Source of the DNA: a bacterium
GTDB lineage: Bacteria > Armatimonadota > UBA5829
Direction of reading: 5' to 3'
NCBI GenBank assembly: GCA_021373255.1
Contig: JAJFTD010000199.1
Span: 611-64,610 of the forward strand
DNA length: 64,000 nucleotides
A program made the position numbers and the translations under genes. Of this stretch, positions 1-9,244 are shown piece by piece. The notes under the pieces are model-generated. The model was not told the origin of the DNA and searched no databases. It saw only the letters and a program-made list of their open reading frames with translations. How positions within the stretch are numbered: the stretch's first letter is position 1; each line of letters begins with the position of its first letter.

Positions 1-11
1 TCAATCCCGAG

Positions 12-200
12 ATGACCGCGAGGATTCGCGAGCACTGCCTCGAGAAGAACATGGATATGCTGGGCGAAATCCATTACGATACGGCAGTCACCCGGGCTCA
101 GATAGAAGGTAAGAGTGTTATCGAACACGACAACAGCATTGCGGCACAGGATATCAGAAGCCTGTGGAATACCGTAAGCACAAAACTCAATGACTCATAA
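12..200 (+). CDS. hypothetical protein, probably the 3' end of a gene running off the left edge of the window
   Basis: The reading frame stays open back to position 3 with no upstream stop. I recognised no motif. Confidence 0.3.
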   Translation: MTARIREHCLEKNMDMLGEIHYDTAVTRAQIEGKSVIEHDNSIAAQDIRSLWNTVSTKLNDS

Positions 201-224
201 ATGAAAGGATAACTGAACAAGATC

Positions 225-563
225 ATGAAAATCGCTATTCCAACCTCAAATGGCCTGCTTTGCCCCCACTTTGGGCATTGCGACGAGTTTACAATCGTCG
301 ACGTAAACCCGGAGAGCAAGAAGATCACGAACACAGAGGCGATCCCCGCGCCTGAGCACGAACCTGGGCTGCTTCCGAGGTGGCTGCACGAGATGGGAGC
401 CACCGTCATTATAGCCGGAGGAATGGGTGGTCGCGCACAGGGGTTGTTCGCACAGAACGGAATTCAGGTGTGTATAGGCGCTCCGGTTGCTCCTCCCGCC
501 GAGATAGTGGCTGCATATCTTAGTGGAACGTTGGAAACAGGAGCCAACCTTTGCGATCACTAG
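225..563 (+). CDS. NifX/NifB-like dinitrogenase FeMo-cofactor-family protein (DUF134-like)
   Basis: The N-terminus 'MKIAIPTSNGLLCPHFGHCDEF...VIIAGGMG' is typical of the NifX/NifB C-terminal family. Length is 112 aa. Confidence 0.55.
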   Translation: MKIAIPTSNGLLCPHFGHCDEFTIVDVNPESKKITNTEAIPAPEHEPGLLPRWLHEMGATVIIAGGMGGRAQGLFAQNGIQVCIGAPVAPPAEIVAAYLSGTLETGANLCDH

Positions 564-1021
564 GACAGGCGCAAGCTGCGAAGCAGTTGTATGCGGAGGA
601 TACCGGCAGTGCCGCCGGTCTTCACCGTGACTGCTTCGCCTGCGGGCATGGTGAAGACGGTCTGGGGCTGGTGTTCGACCTAAGTGGCGTCGATGCTGTC
701 TCGGCTGAGTGGTTTTGCGAAGAGAGATTCCAGAGCTATCCGGGAATCATACACGGCGGCATCATAGCTACTGTCCTCGACTGTGCCATGACAAATTGCC
801 TTTTAATTAAGGACATACCAGCGGTAACCGCGGACATGCATATCGAATACATAGAACCCCTGTGGGTCGGCAGCGTGGTGACGGTGAGTGCATCGTTGGT
901 GCGTTCTCGTTCGCCTCTTTTTATGCTTGACGCCAAGGTCGTTCAGAACGGCCGGGTGAGCGCGAGGGCTTCAGCAAAGTTCATGCGCGCGGATATATGG
1001 TCGGATACGAGCCATGTATAA
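551..1021 (+). CDS. PaaI/4HBT-type hotdog-fold thioesterase
   Basis: The motif 'IIHGGIIATVLDCAM' is present. There is an N-terminal CxxC...H pair of the kind seen in some PaaI-like proteins. The true start is probably internal to this ORF. Confidence 0.5.
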   Translation: MRSLGQAQAAKQLYAEDTGSAAGLHRDCFACGHGEDGLGLVFDLSGVDAVSAEWFCEERFQSYPGIIHGGIIATVLDCAMTNCLLIKDIPAVTADMHIEYIEPLWVGSVVTVSASLVRSRSPLFMLDAKVVQNGRVSARASAKFMRADIWSDTSHV

Positions 1022-1424
1022 TGAGATCATTATAGACCACTTTATGAACCCCAGATGTGTCGGTGAACTTGCCGACGCTAACGGCACGGGGACCATCGGA
1101 GACCCTGACTGCGGTGATTTCCTTCGGATTTGCGTCCGCGTCGAGGATGACGCGATACGCGACATCTCTTTCCTGTGCCAGGGCTGTCCCGCCGCAATCG
1201 CAAGCGGCAGCGCGACTTGCGAAATGGCTCTCGGCAAGACTATTCGTGAAGCGGCGCATATAACTGAGGAAGGCGTTTCAGAGTATCTTGGCGGATTGCC
1301 CGGAGAGAAAGTGCACTGCTCGAATCTGGGTGTGGGTGCGTTGAGGTATGCTGTGGCAGACTATCTCGGCATTCGCACAGACTGTCGGCGACAATGTGAT
1401 AATCCTGTCATACTGCTCGGTTGA
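1014..1424 (+). CDS. NifU/IscU/SufU-like Fe-S cluster assembly scaffold (N-terminal domain type)
   Basis: Conserved Cys residues lie in 'DPDCGDFLRI', 'LCQGCPAAIAS' and 'HCSNLG'. Length is about 136 aa. Confidence 0.65.
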   Translation: MYNEIIIDHFMNPRCVGELADANGTGTIGDPDCGDFLRICVRVEDDAIRDISFLCQGCPAAIASGSATCEMALGKTIREAAHITEEGVSEYLGGLPGEKVHCSNLGVGALRYAVADYLGIRTDCRRQCDNPVILLG

Positions 1425-1553
1425 TGAATTCGAACTGCCGGGCTTCAGTCTGACTATGGTTTTTGTCGATGAGCAGAACAATATACTGTAACAATGCGTC
1501 AACTCACCGGTTCTTGGGAACCTAACATCTAGTTCCGATAAGGAGGAAACGTT

Positions 1554-2108
1554 ATGAGAATCAAGTTACTTGTTACGCTGTTAATCTCTGCGCTGGTGCT
1601 CACTGCTGGAACAGTAATCGCTCAACGTGGGCGCGGTGGACCGGGACAAGGAATGGGGATGGGCGCGGGGATGCCCGGCTCATGCGGACTGGGTTTGGGG
1701 CTGGGCATGGGGCCCGCAGCCATAAGCGAGTTGAACCTGAGCAATGATCAGGTCGCCCAACTTCAGAAGATAACAAACCAGTTCATATCCGATACTCAAC
1801 AACTTCGCACTCAACTGCAGACTGAGCTGAGCGAGCTTGCCAAGCTATGGACTGCTGAGAAACCAGACGAGTCCGGCATTCGAAGCAAGATAGCGGAAGT
1901 GGATAGTATCCGAACACGAATCCGGAACGCGATGGTGGACAGGACTTTCGCAGTAATGAGAGTCCTGACGTCGGCGCAGAAGGCCAAATTGCGTAGCCTT
2001 GTAAAGAACCGACCAGGATTCGGAGTAGGTATGGGTTATAGGCTCGGACTGGGATGCGGTATGGGTGGTCCAGGCGGCCAGGGCTATCGCGGAGGCAAAG
2101 GCAACTGA
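1554..2108 (+). CDS. Spy/CpxP/ZraP-family periplasmic protein with LTXXQ motifs and a signal peptide
   Basis: The N-terminal segment 'LLVTLLISALVLTAGTVIA' is hydrophobic. The motifs 'LSNDQ' and 'LTSAQ' are present, and both termini are Gly-rich. A strong RBS 'AAGGAGG' sits 8 nt upstream. Confidence 0.6.
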   Translation: MRIKLLVTLLISALVLTAGTVIAQRGRGGPGQGMGMGAGMPGSCGLGLGLGMGPAAISELNLSNDQVAQLQKITNQFISDTQQLRTQLQTELSELAKLWTAEKPDESGIRSKIAEVDSIRTRIRNAMVDRTFAVMRVLTSAQKAKLRSLVKNRPGFGVGMGYRLGLGCGMGGPGGQGYRGGKGN

Positions 2109-2186
2109 ACACAAGACTAACTGCAGTTTACACTTATCACCCGGCGAGCATAAACATAGTCAGGAAAGAACTGGAGGACTGTGATT

Positions 2187-2882
2187 ATGCTCGCCGCGTT
2201 TGTGACAGGACCTGTTGCAGGTATTCTTAACACTCCACACTGCCTGGGCATGTGTGGAGGTTTTCTGCTGCACCTTGCCAAGTCATCGAAAAAGAGCAAG
2301 GCTACTTTTCGGCAGTTGCTCTTCGTGACAGGCAAGACATTTACCTACATCTTCCTCGGAGCAATAGCCGGAGCCTTGGGCGTCGTAGTGTTTAAGGACT
2401 CATCTATTGCATCATTTGCCCCCGTCCTGCGCGTGGTTGCGGGGCTTATCACCATCACGTTTGGACTCCTAATGATGGGTGTCAGGCTGCCATCCATCAA
2501 AGCGCTTCAAGGAATATCCGAGGCCGGATTTGTTCGCGGCCTATTCGGAGGGCTTTTTTCCAGCCCGAGCCCGGCAGCGGCATTCACCCTCGGTCTTGGC
2601 GTAGGGTTCCTGCCATGTCCGCTGCCCATGGGACTGCTTACCATCGCGGCGCTCTCCCACAACGTGGCTCACGGAATGGCGCTCATGGCGGGAATGGGTG
2701 TTGGCACTGCCCCGGGTTTGCTGGCTGTCGGGCTCTTTGGCGTGGGACTCGACCGCAGGTTCGCGAAAGTCGGGATGAGAGCAGCCGGAGTCGTCCTTGT
2801 CGCGATAGGATTGATCACTCTCGGCAAAGTAGCGGGAGTGGTGCCGGTACCACATCCGGCTATCGGGGGAATGCATCGCTGA
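2187..2882 (+). CDS. DsbD_2/UreH-like polytopic membrane protein, a putative metal or sulfite transporter
   Basis: The motif 'HCLGMCGGF' lies in the first TM helix, followed by several hydrophobic segments. The start could instead be the GTG at 2181. An RBS 'GGAGGA' precedes the ATG at 2187. Confidence 0.45.
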   Translation: MLAAFVTGPVAGILNTPHCLGMCGGFLLHLAKSSKKSKATFRQLLFVTGKTFTYIFLGAIAGALGVVVFKDSSIASFAPVLRVVAGLITITFGLLMMGVRLPSIKALQGISEAGFVRGLFGGLFSSPSPAAAFTLGLGVGFLPCPLPMGLLTIAALSHNVAHGMALMAGMGVGTAPGLLAVGLFGVGLDRRFAKVGMRAAGVVLVAIGLITLGKVAGVVPVPHPAIGGMHR

Positions 2883-3556
2883 TGACCAAGAGCCGAATCT
2901 GCGACTACTGTGGCCTGCCGTTTACGGGCAACGGTTACTCTCCCGATGGTGAGCGCCACTACTGCTGCTATGGATGCCATCTTGTCCATCAGATAGTCCA
3001 TGCCAAGTGTGAGGAAGGATTCGCTACTTGGCTTCTTCTCCGCTTAGGTATCGGCGCGTTCCTCGCAATGAACGTGATGATGCTGAGCCTTGTGCTCTAC
3101 ACCACTTCCGAAGCGGATCTTGGCGTAGCAGAAGTTCAGGGGATCCGCTGGGCGATGTTTATCCTTTCTACCCAAGTTCTAGTCATTCTCGGAAGCCCTT
3201 TCATTCTTGGCGGGCTAAGAGAACTCAGGCGAGGTCGGATCGGAATGGATATGGCCGGCGACGGTATAAACGACGCGCCAGCGCTTGCCGATGCTGATGT
3301 AGGCATAGCTATCGGAGGTGGGACCGATCTTGCCAGACAATCGAGTGATGTTACGCTGATGGGTGACGATATATCCCGCATCCCCGAGATGCTCGCGCTT
3401 TCCAGATTCACTTATCGAGTGATCAGGCAGAACCTGTTGTGGGCATTTGGTTATAACAGCGTATACTACTGGTCAGAAGTGCGGGCGTTTGCTGAGGTCT
3501 TCTACAAGCCGCTCTCCCAGCAGAACCCAAGCGACCATGCGCGCATGGCGGCTTAA
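2882..3556 (+). pseudogene. heavy-metal P-type ATPase (CopA/ZntA-like) remnant with an internal deletion of the whole catalytic core
   Basis: A Cys-rich N-terminus 'CDYCGLPF...HYCCYGCH' is followed by 2 TM helices ending '...RRGRIGMDM'. The reading frame then jumps directly to the hinge motif '[19 protein letters not shown]' and '[12 protein letters not shown]'. The DKTGT phosphorylation domain and the other domains are absent, about 450 aa in all. The start codon overlaps the upstream stop (TGATG). Confidence 0.6.
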
Positions 3557-4580
3557 GGAGAGACTCGGATACAGGCTTATAGCTGATAGACTGACTGAAC
3601 TTGAAATTCCTACTCCGTCAGGCAAGATGGGCTGGTCAGCATCCACTGTTTATTCTCTCATTGGCGAAAAGGATAAGCTTCTACAATATGCTGGCTACAG
3701 CATCTGGAACAGAAGAAATTGCCAGGACGAGGACGGCGTAGTCAGACGTAGCACTTCCGAGTGGGTTGTCACCCAAGAAGCTCATCCAGCAATCATAAGT
3801 AAAGAAGAATGTGAAGACCTTATTGCATTGGCAAGACAAGTAGACCCCCAGCGCAAGGCAACAAAACCTATTTCACGTTTTGCCCTCTCAAGTGGGCCTA
3901 TGGTGTGTGCTCATTGCGGAAGCAGATATGCAGGGGCAAAGCGCCATGGTGGAGATTATTATGCTTGTGGGGCACACCTCTACAGACGTGGGGCAGGTTG
4001 TGGCAGATCCTGGTATATTCCAAAGGAACAGTTCGAGACACTTATCTTTGAGAAGCTCCTAAGCAGGCTTTCGGATGATAATGGAGATCTTTCACGCTGG
4101 ATTGATGAGGTTAATCAAGAGATAGATGCTGAGTGGGAGAAGTTTGCTGCTACCTCAGCTGAAAGAAGGAAGCAAATAGCCGATCTCGAGAAGCAGATGA
4201 GCAATCTTCTAGATCTTGCTGCATCCGGCACTCTTGTCCCTGAGATGGAGCAGAAGATAAAGGAGATATCAGATGTTATTGCCAGACTAAAGCGTCTGGA
4301 GTCGGTTCCAAGGCCAAGCAGGGTTACGGTTGAGGAGATACGGGAAAGCAGGGATACAATCGTTGCTTCCTTTAGGTCGGCTAAGCCTGGAAGACGAAAG
4401 GCAGTTCTTTCTCAGTATGTGGTTAGGATCAGCGTGGATTCCAATGCTCGTGTCGTTGAGGCCCAGTTGGTAGACCCGAGATGCCCTAAAAAGCAGCGAG
4501 GGTCGTCGGAGTTAACCGACGACCCTCATATACAGTTCAATGGTAGCCCCGAAGGGATTCGAGGGAATGGCCACATTTGA
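3447..4580 (+). pseudogene. large serine recombinase, N-terminally truncated: recombinase domain and zinc ribbon are present, the catalytic resolvase domain is missing
   Basis: Homology to the full recombinase at 22209-23906 begins near 3540 ('[16 protein letters not shown]...PTPSG...LLQYAGYSIWNRR' against 'WRLGEKAGPDVIAKRL...PTPRG...LLQYAGVGIWNRR'). The zinc ribbon 'CAHCGSRY...YYACG' is present. No Y-x-R-V-S catalytic region is found. Confidence 0.65.
4541..4561. repeat. 21-bp direct repeat TGGTAGCCCCGAAGGGATTCG, left copy, putative attL core
   Basis: It is an exact match to 23860-23880. It overlaps the last codons of the truncated recombinase. Confidence 0.7.
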
Positions 4581-4610
4581 AATCGTGTTCGGTGACAAAC
4601 GCCGATATCG

Positions 4611-4631
4611 CGTCAGGCTCGCTGCCTGACG
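4611..4631 (+). terminator. hairpin CGTCAGGC-tcgct-GCCTGACG downstream of the recombinase remnant
   Basis: An 8-bp perfect stem 30 nt after the stop codon. There is no U-tract, so its function as a terminator is uncertain. Confidence 0.2.
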
Positions 4632-4945
4632 AAGGTTGCAGGTCGCACACGGAACGGCCGCCCTACCAGAGAACTCTGTCACTCAGTGGGGAATGCTGTC
4701 GCCTGATTCTAATACACTCACGCACTTCCCCTGCGAGCGCGCCGTAGCGTTTCTTATTGAAAGATGCACTAGTCCGCGTGTTTGAAGAACTGACAAGAAC
4801 GCACGTCGTTCGACTGTCTGCGCAGGAAACTCATTCTGTAAGGTAGAACGCTACATTGTCGGGCTGAAGTTGTGCTCGGTGGAAATCAGACACCCGGTTA
4901 CCTTTCCAAGACCGGGCAGCCACACTAATGGTGGGACGCTGAGCA

Positions 4946-7711
4946 ATGCTTGAGAAGGACACTCGCCAACTACTAATAGACAGACGACTGCATCAGGCTG
5001 CATGGGGCGTGGATGACTCGTCCCGCGTCAGCCAGGAACTGCTTGTCCGCTATTCCCCGGAAGCTCTGCTCAGTAGCACCAACCACGGCTTCTGCGACTA
5101 TGTTCTCCTCGACAGGACAGGGACACCCATCGCGTTAGTAGAGGCGAAGAAGACAGCGCGGGACGCTTTGGTCGGCAAACAACAGGCCTCTGACTATGCT
5201 GATGCCATTCTGCGGGAGACTGGCCGAGAGCCATTCATTTTTATGACCAATGGCCCTGAGATCTGGTTCTGGGATCGGAGTTGGGCGGGTCCCAGACCTG
5301 TGCAGGGCTTTCTGAGCTTGGATGATCTTGAGGCCAGGCAATTCCAGAATGCAAATCGCCTATCTCTCCGCGCGACAGAAATTGACAACTCAATAGTCGA
5401 CCGGGACTACCAGATCGAAGCGATCAGGAGGGTTTACGAGAGGCTTGAGGCCAAGCGCCGGAAGTTTCTGCTTGTGCTAGCCACCGGCACCGGTAAGACT
5501 CGCATAGCAATGGCATTCATTGATGGGCTCATGAGAGCCAATTGGGTGAAGCGTGTGCTCTTCCTGGTTGACCGCCGAGCGCTGGCTGACCAGGCTATGG
5601 ACGACCTCAAGGAGCATCTGCCGTCGATTACTCGGGCTCGGATTGAAGCCGGTGAGATCGACACGGGCGCTCGGGCTTTTGTTACCACATACCCGTCTAT
5701 GATGCAGGCGATGGACAGCGTGTCAGTGGGCTTCTTTGACCTCGTGATCTGCGATGAGTCACATCGATCCATCTACAACCGCTACAAAAGACTGCTCGAT
5801 TACTTCGATGCATATCAGCTCGGGCTCACCGCCACCCCGGTAGACTTCATAGAGCGTAACACGTTCAGTCTCTTCGAATGTGACACCAGGCTTCCCACAT
5901 TCTCCTATCCGTTCGAGGATGCCGTCAACAACACGCCGCCGTATCTGACCGACTATAAAGTCTATTCCGCGCAGACGCGTTTCCAGCTCAGGGGGATTAA
6001 GGCCCACGATCTCCCGCCGGAGATTAAGCAACAGGTTGAGGCCCAAGGGATTACGCTTGATGAAATTGACTTCGAGGGCACCGACCTTGAGCGCCGAGTG
6101 ACCAACGCCGGCACTGACGAAGCTCTGGTTCAAGAGTTCATGGATATCTGCATCAAGGATTCCACCGGCACTCTGCCCGGTAAGAGCATCATCTTCGCCA
6201 TATCTCACCGGCACGCCATGAACCTCTATAAGGCCTTTGAAAGGCTTTACCCAGAGTACAGAGGGCGCTTGGTGGAAGTTATCGATTCCCACATGGAAGG
6301 CGCTGAGCGGATGCTCAAGCGCTTCAAGAACGAGAACTACCCGCGCGTGGCGATATCGGTGGACATGTTGGACACCGGCGTCGATATCCGGGAAGTGGTT
6401 AACCTCGTCTTTGCAAAGCCGGTCTACAGCCGCGTGAAGTTCTGGCAGATGATCGGGCGCGGAACCCGCCTGCTAGAACCGAGTAATATGAAACCCTGGT
6501 GCAAAGAGAAACCGCACTTCCTGATTATCGATCACTGGGATAACTTCACCTACTTCGAGATGACCCCGGAAGGGCACACACCGGACGCCAGCGAGGCCCT
6601 GCCTGTGCGCAGGTTCAGGACCCAGATCGATCTAATGGAACTGCTTCAGGGCTTGGGAGAAAGCGACAAGGCATTTCAACTCGGTCGCGAGCTGCGGGCG
6701 ACCATTGAGCTTCTGCCATCAGGTTTTGCCGAAATCAGTGCAGCCCACGCCGATATCGAGCAAGCAGCGCAACCGACATTCTGGGCTTGGCCGGGGGCGC
6801 CCGAACTGACTCACTTGCGTGCGAAGATCGCCCCTCTGTGCCGCTTCCTGATGGATGTCGACGAAGCCGCTATGGTGTTTGCCCTCAAGACCGAGCGCCT
6901 CGCTTTGGGACACCTGCAAAATGATGAGGCTGAGATAGAGCGGCAGAAAGAGCGAATCCGGGCAGACCTCAGACTTTTGCCCACAAACCTGCGAGAGGTC
7001 AAGGTCCACGAACGTGAGCTTATGGACGCAATTGCGGAGCCGTTCTGGGCCACACTCGACTATGATCGGATACTGAAGCTCCGGGACACGTTCGCGCCGC
7101 TGATGCGCTACCGGCGGGCGAATGGGCGGTCACTGATTGAGTTGAATCTGGAAGATACGGTCATTGATCGCCGGTGGATTGCTTTTGGCCCGGGCGGTGA
7201 GGGCGCATATGTGGAGAGCTACCGCGAGGAAGTGGAGGCACGGATTCGCGAACTGGCGGAATCCGACCCCACGATGCAGAAGATCAAGCGCGGCGAGCCC
7301 ATAACTGAGCAGGACCTGCACAATCTCGCTGAAACGCTGGATCAGGCTGATCTGTTCATCACCGAACAGAACTTGAAAGCAACCTATGGCGTGGATAGGG
7401 CTGGGCTGGTAGACTTCGTGCGGCACGCGCTGAATCTGGCTCAGCTAAAGACACAGGCCGATGAGATCGGAGAGGCATTCGACAGGTTCATTGCGGAACA
7501 TCAGAGCTACAGCGCCGATCAGATTCTGTTTATCAGGGTGGTGCGTTCGGTAATCGTTCACGAAGCTGAACTTGACCGACCTGCCAGGCTGACATACAAT
7601 GACTTGTTTGAGCCGCCGTTCACTCGCTTTGGCCGCAATGCAGTTGAGCGGCTCTTTACTCAGGAACAACTCGATGAGCTACTCGGATTTGTGGAACGGC
7701 TTGTTGCATAA
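4946..7711 (+). CDS. hsdR: type I restriction enzyme R subunit (HsdR)
   Basis: The N-terminal nuclease region 'DYVLLDRTGTPIALVEAKK' is present. Helicase motifs are 'LVLATGTGKT', 'VICDESHR' and 'QMIGRGTR'. Length is 921 aa. Confidence 0.85.
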   Translation: MLEKDTRQLLIDRRLHQAAWGVDDSSRVSQELLVRYSPEALLSSTNHGFCDYVLLDRTGTPIALVEAKKTARDALVGKQQASDYADAILRETGREPFIFMTNGPEIWFWDRSWAGPRPVQGFLSLDDLEARQFQNANRLSLRATEIDNSIVDRDYQIEAIRRVYERLEAKRRKFLLVLATGTGKTRIAMAFIDGLMRANWVKRVLFLVDRRALADQAMDDLKEHLPSITRARIEAGEIDTGARAFVTTYPSMMQAMDSVSVGFFDLVICDESHRSIYNRYKRLLDYFDAYQLGLTATPVDFIERNTFSLFECDTRLPTFSYPFEDAVNNTPPYLTDYKVYSAQTRFQLRGIKAHDLPPEIKQQVEAQGITLDEIDFEGTDLERRVTNAGTDEALVQEFMDICIKDSTGTLPGKSIIFAISHRHAMNLYKAFERLYPEYRGRLVEVIDSHMEGAERMLKRFKNENYPRVAISVDMLDTGVDIREVVNLVFAKPVYSRVKFWQMIGRGTRLLEPSNMKPWCKEKPHFLIIDHWDNFTYFEMTPEGHTPDASEALPVRRFRTQIDLMELLQGLGESDKAFQLGRELRATIELLPSGFAEISAAHADIEQAAQPTFWAWPGAPELTHLRAKIAPLCRFLMDVDEAAMVFALKTERLALGHLQNDEAEIERQKERIRADLRLLPTNLREVKVHERELMDAIAEPFWATLDYDRILKLRDTFAPLMRYRRANGRSLIELNLEDTVIDRRWIAFGPGGEGAYVESYREEVEARIRELAESDPTMQKIKRGEPITEQDLHNLAETLDQADLFITEQNLKATYGVDRAGLVDFVRHALNLAQLKTQADEIGEAFDRFIAEHQSYSADQILFIRVVRSVIVHEAELDRPARLTYNDLFEPPFTRFGRNAVERLFTQEQLDELLGFVERLVA

Positions 7712-7723
7712 AGAGGACTACCA

Positions 7724-9244
7724 ATGGCAAGGGAAGACTGGAAAGCAAAGATCGACCGGCTGTGGAACCTGTTCTGGTCGGGAGGCATAGCAAACCCGCT
7801 TTCGGCGATAGAACAGATATCCTATCTGATCTTCCTGAAGCGCCTCTCTGACCTCGACGACCAGGAGATAAAGGACAAGAAGCGTACGGTGTCCAGGTTC
7901 GAGGGGAACGAGCACTGCAAGTGGTCGTACATAAAAGACCTGAGTTCGGCGGATGAGGCGCTGCGAATCGTCCGTGATGAAGTCTTTCCATTCCTCAGAA
8001 GCCCTAAGGTAGGCGATGAGCTCTTCGCGCGAGCGATGCGGGATGCAGTTTTTATCATCCCTAAGCCCTCCCTTCTGCAGGGCGCGATAGACATCATCAA
8101 CGATATCGATATTACCGGGCTCGATGTGGACACTCAGGGCGAGATCTACGAGACTCTACTAGGAGAACTGAGCCAGTCCGGCAAGAACGGCCAGTTCCTG
8201 ACCAAGCGCCATATCGTGCGGACAATTGTGGAACTGGTAGACCCACAGCCTACCGAATACATCTGCGACCCAGCCGCAGGCACTGGTGGCTTCCCTATTG
8301 CTGCGTTCCAGCACATGGCTTACGAACGGACGCCGGGGGACGTGAGGATCAAGCTTCCCGATGGGACTCCACACAATCTGTTTCCGGTCTGGGACGACAA
8401 ACCATCCTGCGCGCAGTTCGTTGGCTACGACTTCGATACCACAATGGCCCGCCTCGGAATGATGAACATGATGCTCCACGGAATCGAGCATCCTTACTTC
8501 CTGTATCAGGATACTCTGTCCAAGACATTCATGCCGGAGCGCTCTAGCTTCGATATAATTCTTACGAATCCACCTTTCACGGGCAGCGTAGATATATCTG
8601 ATGTAAACGAAGACCGAATGCCGATCAAGACGCGAAAGACAGAGCTGCTATTCATTCAGCTCTGCTTGTCCCTGCTCGATATCGGCGGGCGTTGTGCGAT
8701 TATTGTGCCCGAGGGCGTCCTATTCGGCTCAAGCACTGCTCACAAGGATCTCCGCGAAAGACTTGTGAATGAAAATCAGATCGAGGCCGTGATCTCACTC
8801 CCTGCAGGATGCTTCAAGCCGTACACCGGCGTAAAGACTTCCATCCTGTATTTCACGAAGGGCGGCAGCACAGATAGAGTCTGGTTCTACGAGGTTACCG
8901 GCGATGGCTTTACTCTCGACGACAAACGAAATGATGACCCCTCGAACAACGATCTCAAGTACGTGCCCAATGCCTACCGATGCTTTGCGAAAGGTGAGTC
9001 AATTGATTGGAAGTCCGAGGAGGACAAGGCGAAAGCCGAGGCCCGGCAGTGGTGGGGGGAGTTGGAGCAGATCGTTGAAAGAGGTTACAATCTGACCGCT
9101 GGGGCTTATGCGCCAGTGATCCACGTCGCAGCGGAGCACGACAAACCGCGAGATATTATCCAACGCATAAGGAGTCTTGAGGCAGATATATCGGATAGAC
9201 TGGATCAGATTGACGTAGCCATTCTGGAGGCTACAGCCGAATGA
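7724..9244 (+). CDS. hsdM: type I RM N6-adenine DNA methyltransferase (HsdM)
   Basis: Carries the SAM motif 'CDPAAGTGGF' and the catalytic 'NPPF' motif. It lies immediately downstream of hsdR. Confidence 0.85.
   Translation: MAREDWKAKIDRLWNLFWSGGIANPLSAIEQISYLIFLKRLSDLDDQEIKDKKRTVSRFEGNEHCKWSYIKDLSSADEALRIVRDEVFPFLRSPKVGDELFARAMRDAVFIIPKPSLLQGAIDIINDIDITGLDVDTQGEIYETLLGELSQSGKNGQFLTKRHIVRTIVELVDPQPTEYICDPAAGTGGFPIAAFQHMAYERTPGDVRIKLPDGTPHNLFPVWDDKPSCAQFVGYDFDTTMARLGMMNMMLHGIEHPYFLYQDTLSKTFMPERSSFDIILTNPPFTGSVDISDVNEDRMPIKTRKTELLFIQLCLSLLDIGGRCAIIVPEGVLFGSSTAHKDLRERLVNENQIEAVISLPAGCFKPYTGVKTSILYFTKGGSTDRVWFYEVTGDGFTLDDKRNDDPSNNDLKYVPNAYRCFAKGESIDWKSEEDKAKAEARQWWGELEQIVERGYNLTAGAYAPVIHVAAEHDKPRDIIQRIRSLEADISDRLDQIDVAILEATAE

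Noticed and set aside
2615-2881. 5' extension of the P-type ATPase ORF that overlaps the upstream membrane-protein gene in another frame
   Set aside because: This is an ORF-caller artefact. ATPase homology begins at the ATG at 2882, which overlaps the upstream stop (TGATG). The extension is Arg/Gly-rich nonsense typical of an out-of-frame read of GC-rich coding DNA.
4541-4561. Whether the 21-bp repeat is the 3' end of a tRNA, the classic integration target
   Set aside because: There is no T-loop GTTCGAATC-like sequence, no acceptor stem and no CCA context. Both copies lie inside protein-coding 3' ends, so no tRNA is called.
5135-6292. Antisense ORFs inside hsdR (and similar ones inside hsdS, the primase gene, Pnkp and the SNF2 gene)
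   Set aside because: They are embedded entirely within long, motif-supported genes on the opposite strand. They have no RBS and no recognisable motifs, so they are spurious in a GC-rich sequence.
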